DNA of 18,494 nucleotides from Macrostomum lignano (Eukaryota): NCBI GenBank assembly GCA_002269645.1, contig NIVC01005244.1, positions 1 to 18,494 of the forward strand, read 5' to 3'. Shown piece by piece: positions 1 to 7,484 of this stretch (position 1 is its first letter; each line of letters starts with the position of its first letter). The notes under the pieces were generated by a model. It saw only the letters and a program-made list of their open reading frames with translations, ran no database searches and was not told where the DNA came from. The position numbers and the translations under genes were made by a program.

Positions 1-8
1 TAACAAAG

Positions 9-760
9 TTGATAATTTTTTTTAAATGGCTATATGCCATTATCAGGTATTATGTCCCTGAATGTCGCAGAGGACTGGCAGCTGCCTATAAACATACCCT
101 AAAAATTTCAGGCATTAAGAAGTATTTAGACAATTATAACAACGAATTTAGTTGCCTTGATGTTAAACTCAATAATAAAGCTATTGACATCCTGCAGGTG
201 TCACTTTTGTACAGGGCCCCCTATCCTGAAAGAATTAATCTGGAGATCCTCGAGCAACACTACTAGCTTACCCCAAGTCGATTGTGATGGGTGACCTAAA
301 TTGCCGACATCCCATGCTGGGCGATGACAGCGCTGGCAATTTTCCTGGAAAACAACTGTATGAATGGTTGGAAAACCACCGCGACCCTCCTGCTCCTCTC
401 GATTGTTACGGTGACTGCACCAGAATTAACAATAGTCGTGGTAATTCAGTGGGAAATGTCCTTGACCTGGGCATCTGTTCTCCCAAAGTCCAACTTGTCA
501 GTGCAGTGAGGTTCTGGTGGGTAAGGACAGTGACCATCTCCCTATAGTTTATTAAGCTCTATCTGGACCCCAACTCCAAACAGGCCCCTTAACCTCTCAA
601 GAGCTTCTGGCATACTGATTAGGAATCCTTTAGATATGCCCTGCAGGACAAACTTGAGAACTGTAGTCTCATTTGCTCTCGAATCTCAACTCCCGAGAAT
701 CTTGACATTGTCATTGAAAACTTACTGAGAAAAATCATCGAAGGTATGGAAGAATTGTCC
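9..760 (+). mobile_element. Decayed non-LTR retrotransposon fragment, apurinic-like (APE/EEP) endonuclease domain
   Basis: Motifs spread over shifting frames with stops: GLAAAY (GGVAI-like), LYRAP (YRPP-like), MGDLNCRHPMLG (GDFNxxHxxWG), NxxGKQLYEWL, VLDL, SDHLPI (agt gac cat ctc cct ata at 529-546), then an NLSRA..D*ESFRYAL segment resembling the post-APE N..KADW..F motif. Confidence 0.8.
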
Positions 761-865
761 CCTTTGGTGACCCAAGGGAGCCGCTAGCTGACTAATCATC
801 TGTATCTGGCACGACGCAGGGGTGGTGCCCTGGCGGATGACGCTGCCGCAGCTGTCACAGTTAAG

Positions 866-907
866 CGGGCCGGGGTTTTGTTCGATGTCGCCGGAGAGGA
901 TGACATG
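866..907 (-). other. 2A-like ribosomal skipping (StopGo) peptide HVILSGDIEQNPG|P
   Basis: Exact match to the D(V/I)ExNPGP consensus (gac atc gaa caa aac ccc ggc ccg, 889-866), preceded by a hydrophobic stretch and followed by CxxC. Confidence 0.85.
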
Positions 908-1045
908 AGCAACGAGCCATGGAAGGTTGACGATGCACCAGGAGAAGACAACGAGGTTGAGGAGGGTCACGCGGTGACCGCCGCCGCGCTCTGCGTCCGT
1001 GCCGAGAGCACGAGACGAGGCTGGCGGTTCAGTTGCCTGATGGTT

Positions 1046-1114
1046 GACATCTTGGTGGGGCCGACCAGGGCCGACCATCCGGGTCGCCACGGAGAGGCGA
1101 TGTCCTTGACCCCG
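1046..1114 (-). ncRNA. Candidate HDV-like self-cleaving ribozyme
   Basis: Hand-folded on the minus strand: P1 GGGUC/GACCC (1112-1108 with 1085-1081), J1/2 AAG, P2 GACAUC/GAUGUC (1104-1099 with 1051-1046), P3 GCC/GGC, L3 UCUCCGU, P1.1 UC/GA, 7-bp P4 with a UC bulge, J4/2 CCAA. Confidence 0.65.
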
Positions 1115-1144
1115 CCCCGAAGGATGGACTTGGCGCGACGGGCT

Positions 1145-2327
1145 TCTTCTTCTTCTTCTTCCGACACCCCACAACGCTGCCCGGCAGCTGGGGGAGGGCG
1201 CTCACAGGCGCCCCAACCTGCGCAGGAGCAGGAGCACGTCCTCTGGATGGTCAAGGATGTCTCCTGCTCGGAGTCTGGCGCGGAGCGCATCCCCGCGTGG
1301 GCATTGCCGCAGGATGTGGTCCTCCGTGTCCGGAAGTCTACAGTCCCGGCACCGCGGGTCGTCGGTGATGCCAAGGCGGTGACGCGTGGCCTGTGCCAGG
1401 CTGGAGCAGCCGGCCTGCAGTTGGTTGATGGCCACCGCCTTGCTCCGGCTGAGATTGTTCGGGGGCTCTTCCATGATGGTCCAACGAGTTGACGGTCCAG
1501 CGCAACGCGCGCTCTTTGGATTGCTGCTTTGGCTGCCTGAAGCGATATTGGCCCGTTCTGTTGATCGGTATTTCTGGCGCTGTTGGCTAGCTTGTCAGCC
1601 CGCTCGTTATCGCCGATGCCGCAGTGCGCGGGCACCCAGACGAGTTCGCAGGTGCGGCTGGACGCGGCCAGCAGGGCGAGCAGGTCCCAGCAGCTACGGC
1701 CAGTGCCGGTGGCTTGCTGTCCAGGACCAGCCTCGAGCGCACTCAGGGCGGACCGGGAGTCAGTGTGGAGGCGAATAGTGGTGCCGTGACAGGCTGGCAG
1801 CTCATTGACGTAGCTGAGGCCGGCTTGGATGGCCACCATTTCGGCCTGGAAGCTGCTGGCGATGTGGCCGGCCGGGGCTGCGACGGTGCTGCACCAAAGG
1901 CGCGTGGTGACCACAGCCGCGCCCACGCGTTGTTGATACCACCACTGGCCGATCCATCGGTCCATAGCTCAATATCCACCGGCGCCATGGCCGCCAGGAG
2001 GTGCTGGGCCCGTTCCTTCTTAATGCTGGCGGGAGCCATCGGTTGCAGGTCTCTCCCAACTCAAGGTGGAAGCTGACGGCTCCTCCGCCGTCGTCGAGGA
2101 TCTTCGGGCTAACCCACGGCTGCACCGGATCCCTTGCCAGGTCGTCGAGGCCGAGGCACAGTTCCTGGCTGAAGCGGCGCCAGCATCTACGGTGCGGACG
2201 CTGGTACTCCACCTTCAGCAGGGTGCGGCCGCCTTTAGAGGGGTCCATTTGCCTGACGTTGGTAGCATCCTCAGCCTGCTGCCGCCTCTCGCTTTCAGCG
2301 CCGCGACGGCGCCGCGAAGGGTGGACC
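1145..2327 (-). mobile_element. 5'-truncated non-LTR retrotransposon (Ingi/I-group-like): RNase H, CCHC zinc knuckle, (GAA)n tail, 11-bp flanking direct repeat
   Basis: RNase H motifs WTDGS, QAEM, HTDS, WVPAHCGIGDNERAD; C-x2-C-x7-H-x4-C (CRDCRLPDTEDHILRQC); stop at 1202; GAA repeat tail at about 1145-1161; direct repeat cgcgacgggct at 1134-1144 and 2328-2338. About three frame breaks. Confidence 0.88.
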
Positions 2328-2338
2328 CGCGACGGGCT

Positions 2339-3563
2339 GCTGCTGCTGCTGCTGGGCAAGCCACTCAACTCCGCCCAGACCAGAGATCCCTTCTACATCA
2401 TCGCCCACATGACCAACAGTCCGTACTCACTCGACTGGGCAATGCCAGATCGGCCTGACCTACATCTGGACGCTGGACAAAGAGTCCTCCATGAAGTCCT
2501 ACATCAACCTGGGAGTGCACGGCATCATCACCAACCGGCCTGGACTGCTCAAGAAGCTGGCGGGAAAACTCGGACTCCGACTGGGCAATGCGCGAGGGCG
2601 CCAACGCAGTCGAGGCAGACATCCAGTACGACGGATATGGCAACCCGACTGAGTTCGAGCACCGTGGATTCTGCGACTGCAGCTGCCCACACCCCGGCAG
2701 CTACCACATCTGCAGCCACTCGCTCAGGGGCTGCTCAGGCAGAGGCGCCAGTGCTAGCGCCTCCAGCCACCTGTGCCACATGGCGAGGCTGCCTGGACTC
2801 GCTCTCATCATCCTGGACGGCAAGGTGACCCAAAGTGGGGCGACAGACTCGCCACTGCTGGCGCCAACATCGCCAGGCTCGTGGAGCGCGAGCTCTTTGG
2901 TAACGGCTACCGCGGCAAGGTCGTCATCTCGGCCGGCAAGATCAACTGCTTCGAGTACGTCTACGTGGCGGCCAGGACTGCCAGCGGATTCCGCAAAAAA
3001 GACCGCTACTACTTCGCCTTCGACCAGGAGGGCGATAAGTACAGCTCCGTGGCCGCCATGCTGTCCAGGTTCACCCGGAAGCGCGCATTCGCACCGGAAT
3101 CAGCGCCTGCGCGCCCGGCACCTACTACAGCGGCATCAGGCAGGCCGTGGCCGGCGTTCGCAGCGGCCAGATCGGCCTGACCTACATCTGGACGCTGGAC
3201 AAAGAGTCCTCCATGAAGTCCTACATCAACCTGGGAGTGCACGGCATCATCACCAACCGGCCTGGACTGCTCAAGAAGCTGGCGGGAAAACTCGGACTCC
3301 GACTGGCCCGGCCTGGAGACGCCATCCCGATCGCTAGGGCGGACGTGAGCTCGCCGAACAACTGCGACTGCGACTATCACAAGGGCGGCTGCACCATCTC
3401 CTCTCCCGCTCCGCCGTTCAAGGCCTGCCGCTGCAAGTACAAGGGCTTTTGGACCTGCGGCGGCTCGGTTGTGAGCTGCAGCAGCTCTTATTTCAAGTGC
3501 AGAAACCCCGACGGGTCCAGGGCCGCTTGCCGAATTGGCGGCGGAGACTGCGGCGGCTATTGA
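2339..3563 (+). pseudogene. Sphingomyelinase D-like / GDPD-like phospholipase D (sicariid toxin family) with C-terminal 10-Cys domain; disrupted as assembled
   Basis: LLLLLLGKPLNSAQT-RDPFYIIAHMTN, GANAVEADIQY, EHRGFCDC, LALIILDGK, F(G)TGISAC, TYIWTLDK, GVHGIITNRP, plug-like LRLARPGDAIP, then CDCDYHKGGC...GGGDCGGY-stop at 3563. No introns seen. Broken by a 146-bp insertion (2446-2591), 1-nt frame breaks near 2838 and 3090, and the retroelement at its 5' end. Confidence 0.88.
2444..2584 (+). repeat. 141-bp internal duplication identical to 3166-3306, inserted in the PLD 5' coding region
   Basis: gccagatcggcctgacc...ggactccgactgg occurs at both positions (offset 722); cgactgggcaatgc is repeated at 2432-2445 and 2578-2591. 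Confidence 0.95.
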
Positions 3564-3865
3564 TGACGCTTCTACTGAATACATGTAAATGCTTGCTACA
3601 GCGGCTGTGCCAGACAGACCTATTTATACATGTTTATAACTATTTATAGCACTAGCATAGCATATTTGAGACTAATCCGCTTGCTTAAACCATTATAAAA
3701 GCAGAAAAACGATACAATTTCTTTGATTTTTAAATTACTTTTTACGTTCCCTGCGTTTTCGAGGAAAACATTAATGAGGTAAAAATCTCTATTCTATTAG
3801 ATATAGGGATATTTCCTGTTTGATAAAGGGACATCACCTGTTAGGCGTACTGATTGGTAAATATA

Positions 3866-4776
3866 CCTTTTTACGTTCTATTTGATAAAAACTGCAACCA
3901 ATTTGGCCACGGCTCAGCCTGACCATAGACATAGAATTTCCATAGACAGCCACCGCTAGCGGCAACCAATTTGGTAAAAACTGCGAGCTACTCGTATTTT
4001 GCCAGCTTGAAGATCTGGACGGCGAGGACTCAAGGCCGCTCAGCGAAGGGGCTCCCAGTTGTGACTGTCGTCAGCGGACAGCGTGGGCAGAATCTCACCA
4101 TCTGCCTGGCCATCTCGCAACTCGGCCTGATTCACAGCACTCTCGTCGAAGGAGGCTTTAAGAACGAGCACTTCATGGAATTCCTCTCTGAGATCGATGT
4201 TCTGATGGAAGAGGAGTTTGTGCTACTGTCCGATGGGGCTCGCGCTCACCTAGGTGTCTCTGGGATGTCTGAAGGTCATGCTCACCGATTCCTGCCTCCA
4301 TACTCGCCGTTCATCAACCCGGCGGAGTACGCAGGCTCAGCGCTGAAGGCCAAGCTGAAAACACAATTGCAATCACCTGCCATTCAGCGCGAGGTGGCAG
4401 ATACTGGACTGGCTGCTGCAGCAGGTGCGACACTGCATCAGCACAGGATGCGCATTCTGAAAAGAGAAGTGCAGCAAGCACTGAACTGCATCACGCCTCT
4501 CAAGTGCCTGCGCTGGATCAACCATTCCCAGACGTACTTCAATCGGTGCTTGAATGCTGAGGACATAATGTTCTGACTTCGTGCATGTATTGTTAACATT
4601 CTTTATCGTTATTGTTATGCTATTGAGCTGCTATCTTCAAGCTGGCAAAATAGCTCGCAGTTTTTACCAAATTGGTTGCCGCTAGCGGTGGCTGTCTATG
4701 GAAAATTGCTGCGGCTGCGTCAGGCTGAGCCGTGGCCAAATTGGTTGCAGTTTTTATGAAATAGAACGTAAAAAGG
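3866..4776 (+). mobile_element. Internally deleted IS630/Tc1-mariner DNA transposon (911 bp) with ~145-bp TIRs
   Basis: TIRs 3866-4014 and 4633-4776 (cctttttacgttctattt...cagcttgaagat). The internal ORF ending at 4576 has DDE_3 motifs (RGQNLTICLAIS, DGARAH, LPPYSPFINPAE) but lacks the N-terminal DNA-binding domain and the first Asp. AATATA flanks both ends (3860-3865, 4777-4782). Confidence 0.9.
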
Positions 4777-6151
4777 AATATAATCTGCTGTATTATACAT
4801 TGGCTAAGTCATTAACTGCCCGCTAATTTGCATTAAAGTAAGGTTGACATAGACTGTTTGTTCGATATTTCTTTCCTGCAAGCGGGCTTAAATGTAGTCT
4901 ATGGCATTAAAAGGTAAGAATAAGTGCCCAGCGGGCACAAAGGTCATGGTACAATATATAAATCCTTCAGGCTTTCTAGGGCAGAAAGGAGGAGAATCCG
5001 AGGGCTGCGAAGCGGCACGAGGATTTCCGACTTTTTGCCCTAGATAACCTGCTGGATTTGTATTCCTTCTTGATTTTGCGGGCGGGCCGAGAAACGACAT
5101 TCTTCGGCCGCGAGTCAAACTGCATTTGCTTCAGACTACCTGGTAAGTTCAGTGCAAGTCCTGATTCTCGGCCCGCAAGAAAATAGAATTTGTCTATGGC
5201 ACAAAATGCAAACTGTATTTCATTTTAGCTCTGAGCCTAAAAGAGCGACTGACAAAGTAATACGCTCGTAATTAGTCTAACTTTTTATTAAAACTGAATT
5301 TCATTAACTCCTGACCCGAGCGTTCTGAGAACATGATAGACTACTCCTGTATAGAAGGAGGCGAGATTTCTGGGTTGCAGCGCGAAGAAATCGACTTTGT
5401 ATGCCAACTCCGTGGCCGTGGCGAATGTTCAATCAGTACACTGGCTTGCCTGTGCCTGGAATTGGAGTCAGCAAGGCGCTCGACAACGGCCTGTTGGATG
5501 ATCTAGTAAACGATCTTTCTGCTGAAGCGAGCAGCGACAATCAACTCCGGGAGCTAACAAGTGATGAAGTGAGCGCCATTTTGGATGTGGAGAATGCCTC
5601 ACGCGTCGTCTCTACCGAAGCAAAAACAAGACAGTGTGTGGAGAAATTCTGATACTGACTGCGAACAATGGGACTTTAATGGAGTTCTGCCGACTGCAGT
5701 GCTAGAGAAAAATGGATCCCGTGTTCTATTTTTCCTATAAGTGAGTACCTCTGAACGCCATGTACTGTAAAGACGGCGTGGGTTGCACCACAAGACTATA
5801 TTATATCGTTACTGTTGTCCTCTTTGTAATGTTGCACTCTTAACGTTTTAAATACTCGTACAATCGTTTTTGCTTCGTCTATGGCCCAGCCCGATATCGG
5901 GCAGAGAATGGGCCATTTCTTAAGCAGTCTTGCCCACAGAACTTACACAGAATGCTCAATCAGCGATTTAATGAAATTAAACTGCATAGAAATAGATATG
6001 CGTACAAACTACTAATCCGGTGAAGAAACATAAGTAGCCATAGACTATTACTCAAGTGTGTAGCACAAGATATATTCATTTAATAGAATTACTTGCAGCA
6101 GCATTGTCTTTTCACTAAGAATTTGGATGTTTGGTTTTGCTGCAGTGAAGT

Positions 6152-6687
6152 ATGCCTTCTGCAAAATCGCGAAAACAGTGTGCTGCCTATGGCTGTCCAA
6201 ATTATTCCTATCGTTGTCTACCAGAAACCAGGTTTCACAGCTTTCCTTCAAACCGTGCCCGGTAAGCTTAGTCGAATCGTGACTAATATTATTTGCATGA
6301 AAACTTGTGTACGATTTATGTTGAATTTTACGCTGTAGGTGTGAAGACTGGGCTCGTCGCATCTTCCGTGCTGACCTTCTGGGGAAGAAGTATGAGCACA
6401 AATGGGCGACTGCAGTGGTGTGCAGTCAGCACTTCGCTGATCACATGTATATGTGCCCGAAAGACCGTCATGAGCCGCACAGTCGACTTGTCTGGAATGC
6501 GCATCCAACACTGAAGCTGTATAAAGACACGGCTCAGGAGCAGAAGACCCGCTCGCCTACAAAGCCAAGAGCCTGTGTCTCAGAAGAGTTACATTTATAC
6601 CAGACTCAAAATCAAAAGAAAGCACAAATTTGCGGAACGACTTTGCGGAGCATCGCAGAGTCCAGTCTGACTGTAGTCAGACAGTAG
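6152..6687 (+). CDS. THAP zinc-finger domain protein (host gene or transposon-derived), exons 6152-6261 and 6339-6687
   Basis: Spliced read MPSAKSRKQCAAYGCPNY...FHSFPSNRAR|CEDWARRIFRADLLGK...VVCSQHF...RLVWNAHPTL contains the C2CH signature, conserved W/P/F and an AVPT-like box; 77-nt GT-AG intron 6262-6338 keeps frame. The 3' end is uncertain. Confidence 0.82.
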
Positions 6688-7000
6688 TTTGTACGCATAT
6701 CTATTTCTACGCAGTTTAATTTCATTAAATCGCTGATTGAGCATTCTGTGTAAGTTCTGTGGTCTTGCCCGCAAAATCAAGCAGGAATACATATGCAGCA
6801 CCCGTTGCAATTATAGAAATCTATGCTATAAATATCGCGCCAACTCTTTCCAGAATATTTTGGGTTTAGGAAAGTTCCTTGTCAAAAACTATTATACGAG
6901 TGTAAATATAAACGCGGTTCACTCTTAAATTAATTTTCTGCTTAAGTACTCAAAACAGAACTGACTGCGAAAGGAAAATTCTGTTTGGGGACCAGCTCTG

Positions 7001-7385
7001 CTCATGGCTCACATCCCAGGGCTCATGGGATTAGTTCAGATCCCAAGGCTCATGGGGATTAGTTCAGATCCCAAGGCTCATGGGGATTATAGCTCACATC
7101 CCAAGGCTCATGGGGATTATAGCTCACATCCCAAGGCTCATGGGGATTATATCTCACATCCCAAGGCTCATGGGGATTATAGCTCACATCCCAAGGCTCA
7201 TGGGGATTATAGCTTACATCAAGGCTCATGGAAATTAGCTCACATCATAAGGCTCATGGGATTAGCTCACATCCCAAGGCTCATGGGATTATAGCTCACA
7301 TCCCAAGGCTCATGGGGATTATAGCTCACATCAAGGCTCATGGAAATTAGCTCACATCTCAAGGCTCATGGGGATTAGCTCATTT
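7001..7385. repeat. Minisatellite, ~30-bp unit ggctcatggggattatagctcacatcccaa (27-30 bp variants)
   Basis: Direct reading, about 13 units. Confidence 0.95.
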
Positions 7386-7484
7386 ACGACAATTAAATTT
7401 TGAGAATGTAAGCGTTGAGCCTCACTTCAACAGAACTACATGTACGTAGCCAGCACATGTCTATAGAGAATACCGCGCACTCAC

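Larger units (their letters stand above)
808..1114 (-). mobile_element. 5' end of an Ingi/L1Tc-like non-LTR retrotransposon (ribozyme + 2A + truncated PHD-like finger), 3' part missing
   Basis: Minus-strand ORF reads ...LPWLVAHVILSGDIEQNPGP-LNCDSCGSVIRQGTTPASC, then drops into AT-richer sequence near 808. An HDV-like fold occupies 1114-1046. This 5' architecture is known for L1Tc/Ingi-type elements. Confidence 0.7.

Noticed and set aside
878-2458. Several plus-strand ORFs of 68-204 aa over the retroelement
   Set aside because: GC-rich antisense frames; the recognisable domains (RNase H, CCHC, 2A) are all on the minus strand.
7004-7294. ORF with SSHPKAHGDY repeats
   Set aside because: Derived from the 30-bp minisatellite, whose 27-29 bp variants break the frame.
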